The notes below the pieces were generated by a model that saw only the letters and a list, made by a program, of their open reading frames with translations, was not told the origin of the DNA and searched no databases. Source: Synergistales bacterium (GTDB lineage: Bacteria; Synergistota; Synergistia; Synergistales; JAFGMB01). Taken from it: DNA of 64,000 bases. The first letter of the stretch is position 1. The number at the start of each line of letters is the position of its first letter. Made by a program: the position numbers and the translations under genes. Positions 18,416-28,284 of this stretch are shown here, one piece after another. The DNA lies in NCBI GenBank assembly GCA_963666205.1, contig OY762654.1:1312001-1376000 (forward strand), read 5' to 3'.

Positions 18416-19717
18416 TTAACTGACTTTTACCGGCTCATCAGGATATCTCAATATGGGGAGAAGATCTCCGCCACATTTCAGAACTGCAACAGAGGCATCC
18501 TTACCCGCTATGGAAAAAGCTTTTTCCAGGGCATCCTGAGGACCGGCTGCCCAGGTAAATCCGAGTTTTTCAGTGGTTTCCCTGTCTATTCCCGGACTCA
18601 CAAGAATGCCCTTTCCACGTTCCTTTATTATCCGACCTCCATGTACGCTGTGAGCGGCAAGAGTGAGATCGACAAGTTCTCCTTTTTCAACTTTTTCCTT
18701 TATTACCTCGAAGGGCTGATAACCCAGCTCAGAAAGATCGCCATGTCCATAACATACCCCTTCCGGACAAGGTGTTACGAGTATGGAAACCCCTCCTTCC
18801 TTCATGGCCAGATCCGCAGCATAAAGCCCCTTGGCTGCCTGCCAGAGTTCCAGATCTGCTGGATAGGACTCGGCAATAACAATATCAGCAGGTCCATCCA
18901 TGTAAACACCGAAAACCCTCAGGGCATCCTCGCATCCTTTTTTATGTGCTTCAACCGGATCTCCACATGTGCAGGAATAAATATCTTCATTTCTGTCCAG
19001 AACCACATTAACTATAAATTTAAGGCCTGCTGCAACAGCAACATCATTCATTTCTCTACGCACCGGATTATCTACTTTACCCATTATTTCTTTTCCTGTG
19101 AAAAAAGCACTCAGCCAGTGAGTTTGACCTGTAGTGATCCCCCCGGATACACCTGGCTGAATTATTTTGGCTCCTCCGGAAAATCCAGCCACTCTATGAG
19201 GGGTTATATGCCCCACTCCGATAACCAGATCAGAATCAAAAAGAGCCCTGTTGATCCAGATCTCAGTTCCGTTAATAGTTGAAGGAAGCTCTACCAGGCT
19301 CGCTTCATCCGTCCAGAGATGATCGATGAATTCGTATTTATCCACAATGTCCCGACCATATTTTTTTATCTTTTCACTCCGGGTCATTGACCGGTGTGTT
19401 CCCAGGGCGATCATCAGCCTGATATTCCCATGAGAAATTCCGCCCGATATCAACTCATCAATGATCTCAGGAAGAATAATATCTGTTGGAGTATTGCGTG
19501 TATTATCGTCAACGATAATGAGAACTCTGCTGTCAGGTACAACAATATCTGACAGTTTTGCAGTACCCACTGGACTCCTGAGAGATTCTCTCACAAGCTC
19601 CCTCCCCGAAAGGACTCCGGAAGGTGCTTCTGCAGGTTCGAATACTCCCAGAAGATTTTCTTCGGGCACATTGACAGATGGTATATCCTGATAATGAAAT
19701 GTTATATTCACGGTCAT
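18416..19717 (-). CDS. larA: LarA-family nickel-pincer-dependent alpha-hydroxy-acid racemase/epimerase
   Basis: DDNTR, ALGTHR, PH..AGFSGGAK, QTH, WQAAKG; substrate need not be lactate. Confidence 0.9.
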   Translation of the reverse strand: MTVNITFHYQDIPSVNVPEENLLGVFEPAEAPSGVLSGRELVRESLRSPVGTAKLSDIVVPDSRVLIIVDDNTRNTPTDIILPEIIDELISGGISHGNIRLMIALGTHRSMTRSEKIKKYGRDIVDKYEFIDHLWTDEASLVELPSTINGTEIWINRALFDSDLVIGVGHITPHRVAGFSGGAKIIQPGVSGGITTGQTHWLSAFFTGKEIMGKVDNPVRREMNDVAVAAGLKFIVNVVLDRNEDIYSCTCGDPVEAHKKGCEDALRVFGVYMDGPADIVIAESYPADLELWQAAKGLYAADLAMKEGGVSILVTPCPEGVCYGHGDLSELGYQPFEVIKEKVEKGELVDLTLAAHSVHGGRIIKERGKGILVSPGIDRETTEKLGFTWAAGPQDALEKAFSIAGKDASVAVLKCGGDLLPILRYPDEPVKVS

Positions 19718-19726
19718 GGCATCATA

Positions 19727-20812
19727 TTAAAATATGGAATCCAGCCCAAAAGCATGGGCATAGGAATCCAGCATTTCACAGGTCGGGATGTCAAGCTCCA
19801 CACCCTCTCTCATTGAAAGTGCACGCTGCATATATTCCTTCTGTCCGGGAGTATATACCCTGTCATTGCCCTCAGAAGGAGTACTGTTCTGAAGGGATGT
19901 CAGAATATCACCAACATATTTCCTTATGGGAGCTTCATCGCCAAAAAGATCCAGCCGGAAGGCAGAAAAGAAGTGGCATACCGTTGCTTCCTGTGTCTGA
20001 AACACATCATAAGTCCAGGCACCCATGGAAAGAGGTGCACAGAAAAGCTCAACAAATAACCCCAGACCATATCCTTTATGCCCTCCAAGATCTTCGGTCT
20101 CACCACCAAGGAAAACATTCCCTCCCCGTTCACCGGAATCTGAAGCAAGGACTTCCACCGCTTTGTGCGGATCGTTAATTGTTTTACCTTCTTCATCAAC
20201 AAACCAGCCGGAAGGCATTGTCTTGTTCCGTCTGTCATAGACTCTGAGTTTACCCCTGGTAACGGTTGTAGTCCCCATATCCAGCAGAAAAGGATCTTTC
20301 CCTTCTTCAGAAGGGATGGCCACTGCTATAGGATTGCTCCCCAGTTTCCTGTCCACACTAAGAACAGGCACAGCACAACGGATTGTGTTGGTAAATGACA
20401 TACCGATATAGCCATGCTTGGCAGCCATTTCGGCCCATAGACCAGCCATACCGTAATGATTGCTGTTTCTTACGGCAACATAACAGGCTCCGGTTGCAGC
20501 TGTTTTCTCAATACACTTTTTCATGGCAAACTCCGAAATATATGGACCAATGCCCTGATGACCATCAATTACGATGGATAGAGGAGTTTCAAAAACTATT
20601 TCAGGGTCATTCCGAGGTTTGGCATAGCCTTTCTTCAACTGGTCCTCATAGACTTTAAGACGAGAGACACCGTGGGAAGAAACACCTCTTGCATCAGCTT
20701 CAACCAGTGTTGTAGATGTTATTTCAGCACGATCCTCCGGGTATCCCATGGAAACAAGGATCTCTCTCGTAAGATTATGCAGATCTTCGTAACTTGTCTT
20801 ACCATAGGGCAT
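19727..20812 (-). CDS. Ldh_2-family (AllD/YiaK/ComC-type) NAD(P)-dependent 2-hydroxyacid oxidoreductase
   Basis: ADARGVSSHG, RNSNHYG, GSNPIA, LDMGTT, GGHKGYGL; start ATG 20812 behind AAGGAGG. Confidence 0.9.
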   Translation of the reverse strand: MPYGKTSYEDLHNLTREILVSMGYPEDRAEITSTTLVEADARGVSSHGVSRLKVYEDQLKKGYAKPRNDPEIVFETPLSIVIDGHQGIGPYISEFAMKKCIEKTAATGACYVAVRNSNHYGMAGLWAEMAAKHGYIGMSFTNTIRCAVPVLSVDRKLGSNPIAVAIPSEEGKDPFLLDMGTTTVTRGKLRVYDRRNKTMPSGWFVDEEGKTINDPHKAVEVLASDSGERGGNVFLGGETEDLGGHKGYGLGLFVELFCAPLSMGAWTYDVFQTQEATVCHFFSAFRLDLFGDEAPIRKYVGDILTSLQNSTPSEGNDRVYTPGQKEYMQRALSMREGVELDIPTCEMLDSYAHAFGLDSIF

Positions 20813-20963
20813 ATTAAAGGCCTCCTTTTTGACCTTTCCTATCGTGGATATCAATGATAGGGAAAGACTACTTCATTCTGATCCCCGGGCATTAAAGATG
20901 CAGATACACCTCCATGTTTTTTCAAAGAAACATGGACCGGAGATCAATACACCCAGCTCAGTG

Positions 20964-22115
20964 TTACCACTCTGCTACACAGCCATCCTTTTGACGCCAG
21001 ACTGGATTTTTCCAGTTCAGACTCTCATCCACTTTCCTCCGGACAGCCTCTTCATCAACATCTACACCCAGACCCGGCTTTTCAAGGATATGTGCATATC
21101 CGTCTTTGTATCTGAAAACAGCAGGATCTTTCAGGTAGTCAAGGATATCTACATCGGTGTTGTAGTGAATGTTCAGACTCTGTTCCTGAATAGCTGCGTT
21201 TATGGTACAGAAATCAACCTGAAGACATGCGGCCAATGCTATTGGTCCCAGCGGACAATGAGGCGCTACCGCCACATCGTAAGCTTCTGCCATGGCTGCT
21301 ATCTTGCGGAGTTCCCATATCCCTCCTGCATGGCTTACATCAGGTTGAAGAATATCAACAGATCCGTCCTGCAGCATCTGTTTGAAGTCCCAACGGGTAT
21401 AGTTTCGCTCCCCTGTGGCTATGGGTATTGTGGAGTGCCGTCGAAGCTCCATAAAGGCTTCCCTGTTTTCTACAAGTACAGGTTCTTCCACAAACATCAA
21501 TCGGAAAGGTTCAAGTTCTTTCATCAGTATCCTCGCCATGCTTTTGTGAACCCTTCCATGGAGATCCACGGCGATGTCCAGTTTCCCGTCTGTTGCATCC
21601 TGGATGGCCTGAACCCTTTCCAGAACCTGATCGATCTTTTCATATCGATCTATCCAGTCCATTTCCTCAGTGCCATTCATCTTCACAGCTGTCATTCCGG
21701 CATCAGATCTTTCTTTTGCCGCTGCTGCAACATCCGAGGGCCTGTCTCCACCTATCCAGCCGTAGACTCTCATCCTGTTGCGCACTGAACCGCCCATAAG
21801 CTTATAGACCGGTACACCAAGAAGCTTGCCGTGAATATCCCAGAGAGCCTGCTCTATTCCTGAGATGGCGCTCATAAGTATGGGTCCCCCGCGATAGAAC
21901 CCACCTCTGTAAAGGACCTGCCACAGATCCTCTATCTGTTGAGGATCTTTCCCGATCAGGTATTCTTCGAGCTCAAGAACCGCGGCTCTGACGGTATTAG
22001 CCCGGCCTTCAATGACCGGTTCGCCCCAGCCGCATACTCCCTCGTCTGTTGAAATTTTAAGGAATAACCATCTTGGGGGAACTTTAAAAAGTTCTATTGA
22101 AGTTATCTTCGCCAT
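20964..22115 (-). CDS. dgoD: Galactonate dehydratase family
   Basis: VPPRWLFLKI.TDEG..GWGEPVIEG, FYRGGP, DLHGR, EEP, ATGER, PHCPLGP, C-terminal DG.VAEW. Confidence 0.93.
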   Translation of the reverse strand: MAKITSIELFKVPPRWLFLKISTDEGVCGWGEPVIEGRANTVRAAVLELEEYLIGKDPQQIEDLWQVLYRGGFYRGGPILMSAISGIEQALWDIHGKLLGVPVYKLMGGSVRNRMRVYGWIGGDRPSDVAAAAKERSDAGMTAVKMNGTEEMDWIDRYEKIDQVLERVQAIQDATDGKLDIAVDLHGRVHKSMARILMKELEPFRLMFVEEPVLVENREAFMELRRHSTIPIATGERNYTRWDFKQMLQDGSVDILQPDVSHAGGIWELRKIAAMAEAYDVAVAPHCPLGPIALAACLQVDFCTINAAIQEQSLNIHYNTDVDILDYLKDPAVFRYKDGYAHILEKPGLGVDVDEEAVRRKVDESLNWKNPVWRQKDGCVAEW

Positions 22116-22120
22116 AAGAT

Positions 22121-23149
22121 CTACCTCTGCACCCTTCCGCTGGCATCTCCGCCCATGAGGTTCAGTACATCCTCTTTGGAAACCCTGTTGAAATCTCCAT
22201 AGATGGTATGTTTAATTGCGGATGCAGCAATGGCAAACTCTATCGCTGCCTGATCACCATCAAGATGATTGAGACCATATATCAGACCTGCACCAAAGGA
22301 ATCTCCTCCCCCGATACGGTCCACGATATTTGTGATGCTGTATTTTCGGCTTTCATAGAAAGCATCTCTGGTAGCAAGAACTCCGGACCAGTTGTTATGG
22401 TCTGCACTCACGCTCTCCCTGAGACTTACGGCCAGATACGAGACCTGGGGGAACATGGCCATTACCTTCGATGCCAGAGCCCTGTACTTACTGCTGTCCA
22501 GAGACCCGGATGTAACGTCCACATCGAGCTCTATGCCAAGACACTTCTGACAGTCCTCTTCGTTCGCTATCATCACATCCACATATTTTGCTACTTCGGA
22601 CATTACTTCTACCGGAGGTTTCCCCCACTTCCACAATTTTTTCCTGTAGTTGAGGTCACATGATACAGTGATACCTTTTTCCCGGCACTTCCTCAGAGCC
22701 TCAAGGGTCACTTCTGCTGTACCTGAAGCTATTGCCGGAGTTATCCCTGTTACGTGAAACCATTTCGTATCTTCCAGAATGGAGTCCCAGTCAAAATCTC
22801 CCGGTTTGACCTCTGCAATTGAAGAGTGGGCCCTGTCGTAGATAACCTTTGAGGGGCGCATGACCGAGCCGGTCTGGGTATAGTAGGTACCTACCCTGTC
22901 TCCGCAGCGAATAATATTTTCAGTATTCACATTAAATCTCTTAAGCTCTCCCACTATGGCATCGGCGATAAGATTTTCCGGAAGGGCAGTCACATAGGAA
23001 GCCTTTTCTCCATAATTGGCAAGGGATATAGCCACATTTGCCTCTGCTCCTCCAGGAGTTGCAATAAACTGCGGAGTCTGAAGAATGACCTCCCGTCCCG
23101 GCGGTGTAAGCCTCAGCATTATCTCTCCGAAAGTAACTATTTTTGACAT
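22121..23149 (-). CDS. kdgK: 2-keto-3-deoxygluconate kinase (PfkB family)
   Basis: FGEIMLRL, GGAEANVA, YDRAHS, TGITPA, DLNYRKKLW, DRIGGGDSF, GRVQR. Confidence 0.9.
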   Translation of the reverse strand: MSKIVTFGEIMLRLTPPGREVILQTPQFIATPGGAEANVAISLANYGEKASYVTALPENLIADAIVGELKRFNVNTENIIRCGDRVGTYYTQTGSVMRPSKVIYDRAHSSIAEVKPGDFDWDSILEDTKWFHVTGITPAIASGTAEVTLEALRKCREKGITVSCDLNYRKKLWKWGKPPVEVMSEVAKYVDVMIANEEDCQKCLGIELDVDVTSGSLDSSKYRALASKVMAMFPQVSYLAVSLRESVSADHNNWSGVLATRDAFYESRKYSITNIVDRIGGGDSFGAGLIYGLNHLDGDQAAIEFAIAASAIKHTIYGDFNRVSKEDVLNLMGGDASGRVQR

Positions 23150-23176
23150 TTAACAGATCACCTCTCTGAATCTTTC

Positions 23177-23836
23177 TTATTTATCTGAACGAACAGATTT
23201 TATTGTTTCGATCGTCGTTCGAGCCTTCTTCACAACTGTTTCATAGGCAGCATCCCTGCCCTCTTCCTTTGTAAGTGCGCTTCCCAGCCCCACAGCATAG
23301 GCTCCGGCACTGAACCAGTCACCCAGGTTACTGAGGGATACCCCTCCCACCGGAATTATTTCCACATAGGGAACAGGTCCGTGAACTGCCTTGATAAAGC
23401 CTGGCCCGAGAATACTGCCGGGGAAGGCCTTTACAACATCACATCCAAGCTCAAGAGCCCTTACTGCTTCAGTAACGGTCTGTATTCCTGGCGTACAGGC
23501 AATCCCATACCTGTTGCACATACGTATGACTTCTTCGGAGAGGCAGTGGCAGACAATAAATTCGGCACCAGCCAGTATACTCATCCTGGCGGAAGGAGCA
23601 TCTCCCACAGTACCCGCCCCCAGGATAAAATCCTTACCGGAATTTTCTCTTCGGATCTCTTTAATTACATCCAGGGAACCGGGAAAAGTGAGGGAAACTT
23701 CAAGAACATTTATTCCACCATCTATCATGCCCCTACCCATCTCTATTGCCGCAGAGACGTCAGGAGTACGGATTATGCCTACTACACCTACATCAGCTAC
23801 AGTTTCCATTACTTCAAGTTTTCTTATCTTTCTCAT
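23177..23836 (-). CDS. eda: KDPG/KHG aldolase
   Basis: VGIIR, LEVSL, GAGTV, PG..TVTE, KAFPG, PVGGV. Confidence 0.9.
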   Translation of the reverse strand: MRKIRKLEVMETVADVGVVGIIRTPDVSAAIEMGRGMIDGGINVLEVSLTFPGSLDVIKEIRRENSGKDFILGAGTVGDAPSARMSILAGAEFIVCHCLSEEVIRMCNRYGIACTPGIQTVTEAVRALELGCDVVKAFPGSILGPGFIKAVHGPVPYVEIIPVGGVSLSNLGDWFSAGAYAVGLGSALTKEEGRDAAYETVVKKARTTIETIKSVRSDK

Positions 23837-23886
23837 TTATCAGACACCTCCATATAATTAAGGCTTTGACTGTCCTCTATAAAAGG

Positions 23887-24657
23887 TTATTGAGAATAAC
23901 CGAATTCGGCGGATAATCCCGGGATAACCGCAGCGAGAAGAAGACCTAATTCAGCTGCCCTGGTGTCGTCACAGCGATATACGGGACATGTAATGCTCAC
24001 AGATCCAAGGGGATAGCCCTCGCTGTTAAGAACAGGGGCTGCTATACAGCGTATATCGATCTCATTTTCCTGGATCTCCTGGCAGTAACCCTGCTCCGCA
24101 AAATCCTTCCGCTGTTTATAAAAGATCTGCGGATCCGTTATGGTATGGGGAGTACGTTTTTCCAGTTTTTCCCGGCTGATAAAGGATTCGAACTCCGCAT
24201 CCGGTAGAGAAAAAAGGATGGCCTTGCCGGCACCTGTGGAATGAAGCAGGAGGATATCTCCTCTTCTGGACCGCATCTGAAGGGGATGTTTACTCTCGGT
24301 TTTGGAAAGATAGTAGGCATGGCCATTCTCATAACTTACTAGATGGATGGTTTCGCCTGCAACATGCCATATCCTCTCCAGGTAGGGCATGGCCACACTC
24401 AAGAGCTCTGAATTGCCTTTGCAGGCCCTGGCCCACTGAAGCATTTTGGGCCCGATCCGATACTGGGAATGGCTGTCCTTTATGACTGCCAGGTTTTTAT
24501 TAAGAGTCGAAAGGATCCTGTGCACAGAAGGTTTGGATATGCCAGTCGCATCTACTATCTCCTTCAGGCTGCACGACCTCCCCTCCCGGCAAATGTAATC
24601 CAGGATGGCAAAAGTCCTTTCGAGAAGTTGAAGGTTTGTATCTTTTGTTCCGCTCAT
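23887..24657 (-). CDS. IclR-family transcriptional regulator
   Basis: ISKPSVHRIL, GETIHL, HSTGAGKAIL, IRCIAAPV. Confidence 0.92.
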   Translation of the reverse strand: MSGTKDTNLQLLERTFAILDYICREGRSCSLKEIVDATGISKPSVHRILSTLNKNLAVIKDSHSQYRIGPKMLQWARACKGNSELLSVAMPYLERIWHVAGETIHLVSYENGHAYYLSKTESKHPLQMRSRRGDILLLHSTGAGKAILFSLPDAEFESFISREKLEKRTPHTITDPQIFYKQRKDFAEQGYCQEIQENEIDIRCIAAPVLNSEGYPLGSVSITCPVYRCDDTRAAELGLLLAAVIPGLSAEFGYSQ

Positions 24658-24666
24658 CGTACCCTC

Positions 24667-24722
24667 ATTCCGTTAAATGATATAACACACTGAAATAATA
24701 GCCTTTTTTGCATCTTTGTCAA
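24667..24722 (-). promoter_or_regulatory. Putative promoter and IclR-type site of the eda-kdgK-dgoD operon
   Basis: TTGACA (24722-24717)-N16-TATTAT; ATTCCGTTAAATG resembles 12560-12572. Confidence 0.5.
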
Positions 24723-24960
24723 ACTGGACAAAAATATCAATACTTCAAGGGCTAATGATAAGAACAGAAGAGGGGGGTAGAAATAATATTTTTTTGGATG
24801 GAAAGAACAGAAAAAGAAAAGGAACGCTCTCTGTACATTTTACACTCTTCAGAATGACATGTCATATGGATGTCACGGTAACTGAGGAACACATCAAAAA
24901 CCACCCATAAGAGATACTGATGACCTTGATTCGCAAATCCAAGCTTAAGATAATCCATGT

Positions 24961-24993
24961 AAAAGAGGCCGGGAATCGTTTTCCCAGCCTCTT
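24961..24993 (-). terminator. Terminator after the cupin gene
   Basis: AAGAGGCCGGGAA / TTCCCAGCCTCTT stem with a T-tract on the minus strand. Confidence 0.65.
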
Positions 24994-25017
24994 CCTTTAT
25001 TTATACATTAAACCCTT

Positions 25018-25398
25018 TTATTCTTCCGATCCCGGGTAAGAGTAGTCATCTCCTTTTGTGGGTACTATGCATATGAAGACCAGATCCTCATCACCACTGT
25101 TGCTAAAATTGTGATCCACATTCGGAGGTACATAGGCATAGTCTCCCTTCACCAGTTCGACCTTTACACCGTCAATATCCCCGGTGGATTTCCCATTAAG
25201 AAAGATCACGTAGTGGGGCCAGTCATGGCTGTGGAAGGGACTTGCGACACCGGGCTTCACCGTGAATACCCTCATTACATGATCATCCCAGAACTTACCC
25301 GGGCCGAAGACCACTCTTTTGGTGATCTGATCTCCCTCTCCAGCATTAAGCATGGGCAGCTCTTCTATTTTCCCACAGTAGGGTTTGGAAATTGTCAT
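25018..25398 (-). CDS. Cupin-domain protein
   Basis: HSHDWPH and VPPNVDH cupin metal motifs. Confidence 0.88.
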   Translation of the reverse strand: MTISKPYCGKIEELPMLNAGEGDQITKRVVFGPGKFWDDHVMRVFTVKPGVASPFHSHDWPHYVIFLNGKSTGDIDGVKVELVKGDYAYVPPNVDHNFSNSGDEDLVFICIVPTKGDDYSYPGSEE

Positions 25399-25539
25399 TT
25401 ACAGGATAACCTCCCTTGTCAGATATATTTCATTACCATTATACAAAAAGGCTGTGAGAACATGAAAATAATACCCTTCATGCAGACGTTTTATTACCGG
25501 GGCTACAATTCCATAGAATTTGAAAACTGCGGTAATAAC

Positions 25540-26337
25540 TCAATATTTGTCCCTTGATCTCCAGGCCGTCTCCAGATTCTGCTCCATCCCCCAGGAGAAC
25601 ATGAGTTTGTCCGTATTGACGATAAGAGACTGGCATCCTCTTCCGAACCAGTGATCAGAGAGCTCTGCCACCTTTTTAAGGTCAGGATTGAATATATTAG
25701 GCATCAGAGCAACGCCCCTGGATGCGGCTAGATCTATCATCTCTCCGAATTTTTCCATTACCAGGGGATGTTCCACCTGGCCTCCTACACCAAGAGATAC
25801 GGAGAGGTCAAAGGGACCCATCATTATCACATCAATATGAGGAACACCTATTATTTCCTCAAAATTTTCAACGCCCTCCTGGCCTTCAACAAGGATAACG
25901 CTGACCAGATCTTCGTTGGAATGTTCAGCATGTTTTTCCCAGTCCCGGGCAACATGGCCCGCTGCCCTGACAAAGGGACAGGCTCCCCGGTTCCCCAGGG
26001 GCGGATATTTCGAGGCACTCACCGCCTCCTCTGCATCTTGTCTGCAGAGGACACCAGGATACACAAAACCCGCGGCGCCTGTATCGAGGGCTTTCATGAC
26101 AAGGGAGGGATCCTTTCGGGATACCCTGATAAAGGGGATAAGATCAACGGCATCGGCTGCCCTTACAAGGTTTTCTGACGTTTCAATGCCAAAATACGAA
26201 TGTTCAGTATCAATAACGGCAAAATCAAAACCAGCCAGCCCCACCATTTCCACCACTTCGGGACTACCTATCTGGATCCAGGTACCGATAAGTCTTTTAC
26301 CCTTTCTGATCTCCTCTTTAAAAAGTCTTTTCTGCAT
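25540..26337 (-). CDS. HpcH/HpaI class II aldolase family
   Basis: GFDFAVIDTEH, ALDTGA, KYPPLGNRG, GPFDLS; start ATG 26337 behind GAGGAG. Confidence 0.9.
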   Translation of the reverse strand: MQKRLFKEEIRKGKRLIGTWIQIGSPEVVEMVGLAGFDFAVIDTEHSYFGIETSENLVRAADAVDLIPFIRVSRKDPSLVMKALDTGAAGFVYPGVLCRQDAEEAVSASKYPPLGNRGACPFVRAAGHVARDWEKHAEHSNEDLVSVILVEGQEGVENFEEIIGVPHIDVIMMGPFDLSVSLGVGGQVEHPLVMEKFGEMIDLAASRGVALMPNIFNPDLKKVAELSDHWFGRGCQSLIVNTDKLMFSWGMEQNLETAWRSRDKY

Positions 26338-26464
26338 GAACTCTCCTCCTCTACAAAATAATGACTCCGGGTTAAAACATTTCCGGCCCAAGGCGTGCAT
26401 ATAAATTTATAGAACAAACCAGAATGTGATCGGACAAAACCGGGAAAATATTGTCGGGATCCCC

Positions 26465-27139
26465 TCAGATCATAAGTGCTCTTCCATTATCCCGCAGCCA
26501 TTTCTGATGGATCCTGTAGTCCGGGATTACGGCTCCCACCCTGTTCCAGAATTTTTTTGAATGATTGAGCTCTTTCAGGTGCGTAAGCTCATGGACCACT
26601 ACGTAGTCAATTACCTCAAGGGGAGCCATTACCAGCCTCCAGGCGAAATTGATACTGCCCCTGCTGCTGCAGGAACCCCATCTTTTTGAAGCATTGGATA
26701 TCTTCACCGAAAGGGGTTTCAGCCCTGTCATGTTTGAATAATGGTGACATCTTTCCCCGATTTTTTCCATTGCCCTCTCGCGGTACCAGTGGATAAGTAC
26801 ATCCCTGGCCGGGGTTTTTCCACAGCATATCACAAGGTTATCCGTGATTTGCACATCTATCCCCATCTTATCCCCAAATAAAAGTGGATAACTTCTGCCA
26901 AGATACAAGAAAGCCTCTCCCTGAATAAATTTCTTTACAGGAACAGGCTTTCTATTTTTCACTTCTTGGATCTTTTTCCTGATCCAGCCTGTTTTTTTAC
27001 GGACAACATCCCTGATACAGCACTCTGAAACATGAAGGGGAGCCCTTATCACAAGCCTGGCTTCATCAGTTACTGCAAGGGATATGCTTTTCCGTTCTGA
27101 ACGAATAATGCTTTCGATTTCTATATTGCAGGGATTCAT
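26465..27139 (-). CDS. YgjP/DUF45 (M48-like) zinc metallohydrolase
   Basis: RWGSCS, IDYVVVHELTHL...NHS..FW. Confidence 0.9.
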   Translation of the reverse strand: MNPCNIEIESIIRSERKSISLAVTDEARLVIRAPLHVSECCIRDVVRKKTGWIRKKIQEVKNRKPVPVKKFIQGEAFLYLGRSYPLLFGDKMGIDVQITDNLVICCGKTPARDVLIHWYRERAMEKIGERCHHYSNMTGLKPLSVKISNASKRWGSCSSRGSINFAWRLVMAPLEVIDYVVVHELTHLKELNHSKKFWNRVGAVIPDYRIHQKWLRDNGRALMI

Positions 27140-27278
27140 CTAAATACCTCCAGCCTGGATGAAAGTTCACTTTCTTGAAGGCAGGAAAACGATTACCCTC
27201 AAGAGGTATCCGTCTCAGGATCATTATGTCCCTTTCCGGCTCCAGAAAAAAGACCTTCAATGCAATTTCAGAACTTCC

Positions 27279-28214
27279 TCATGAAACGAGGTTAAATATG
27301 TAGCCCAGGTAACAGGTCAGAAGAAAGGTTCCCTCCCTCCGGCTCAGATAACTCCTTGAAAATGAAAGTGAAATTGCCGTAATGGATATTATTATCATGA
27401 TAATGATATCAGACCTTACCATCCCCGCCATGAAGTCCAGCTTTCCGAATATGGAACATATCCCCGGAACAACAAGCACATTGAAAATATTTGATCCGAT
27501 GATATTACCCAGGCAGAGATCTCCTCTTTTTCTAAGAGCCGCGATCAGACTGGTCACGAGCTCAGGAAGGCTTGTTCCCACAGCAACAAGGGTCAGACCC
27601 ATAAGGTGTTCCGAAACTCCCAGAAGAGCGGCTATTCTGATAGCTGAATTGACAAGAAGTTCAGCGCCAAGGGGAAGCAGGCATATTCCTGTCACTATTC
27701 CAGCGATGGAAGGGATAAGACTTTTCAGATCCATACCAGTCTGTGATCTTCTTCCTTCTGAATTCAGAGTACTGTTTGACCTTAAGAGGTAGAAGGTATA
27801 AAGAAAGAAGAGACCCAGAAGGAGGAGGCCTTCCCAGGTATCTATATGCCCTGTAAACATTACAAGACCTGCAAAAGTACTTGCCGTACCAAGAAAGAGA
27901 AAATCCTTCCAGTTCTTTCTGAAATCTGTGGCAAAGGGACTGATCATAGCCGATAAGGCAAGGATAAGACCTATGTTTGTGATATTCGATCCCAGTACAT
28001 TGCCTATTACCAGACCGGAAGAACCTTTCAGCATAGCAATAAGGGACGAAACCAGTTCAGGGGCAGAAGTCCCGAAAGCTACAATGGTAAGCCCGATGAA
28101 AAGGTCCGAAAGGCCTGTTTTCTGCCCCAGGGCGGAAGCATATTTGACAAGTATCTCTCCTCCTGCATAAAGAAGAATGATCCCTGCACATCCCATGATA
28201 AAGAACATTAACAT
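27279..28214 (-). CDS. CaCA-family (YrbG-like) cation antiporter, possibly a Mn2+ exporter
   Basis: Alpha repeats GTSAPE / GTSLPE, GNVLGSN / GNIIGSN. Confidence 0.92.
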   Translation of the reverse strand: MLMFFIMGCAGIILLYAGGEILVKYASALGQKTGLSDLFIGLTIVAFGTSAPELVSSLIAMLKGSSGLVIGNVLGSNITNIGLILALSAMISPFATDFRKNWKDFLFLGTASTFAGLVMFTGHIDTWEGLLLLGLFFLYTFYLLRSNSTLNSEGRRSQTGMDLKSLIPSIAGIVTGICLLPLGAELLVNSAIRIAALLGVSEHLMGLTLVAVGTSLPELVTSLIAALRKRGDLCLGNIIGSNIFNVLVVPGICSIFGKLDFMAGMVRSDIIIMIIISITAISLSFSRSYLSRREGTFLLTCYLGYIFNLVS

Positions 28215-28243
28215 TACGGGTACCTCCTGTGGTTTATCCCAAT

Positions 28244-28284
28244 AAAAAAGACCTTCAGCATGGCCACCGCCATACCGAAGGTCT
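28244..28284 (-). terminator. Intrinsic terminator of the riboswitch expression platform
   Basis: AGACCTTCGGTATGGC-ggtg-GCCATGCTGAAGGTCT-TTTTT; its 5' arm overlaps the aptamer P1 3' strand. Confidence 0.85.

Noticed and set aside
20829-21788. 319-aa plus-strand ORF
   Set aside because: Antisense to the well-conserved dgoD; no recognisable features
26465-27139. YgjP/M48-like gene as a marker of a restriction or defence island
   Set aside because: No hsd or other defence genes are adjacent
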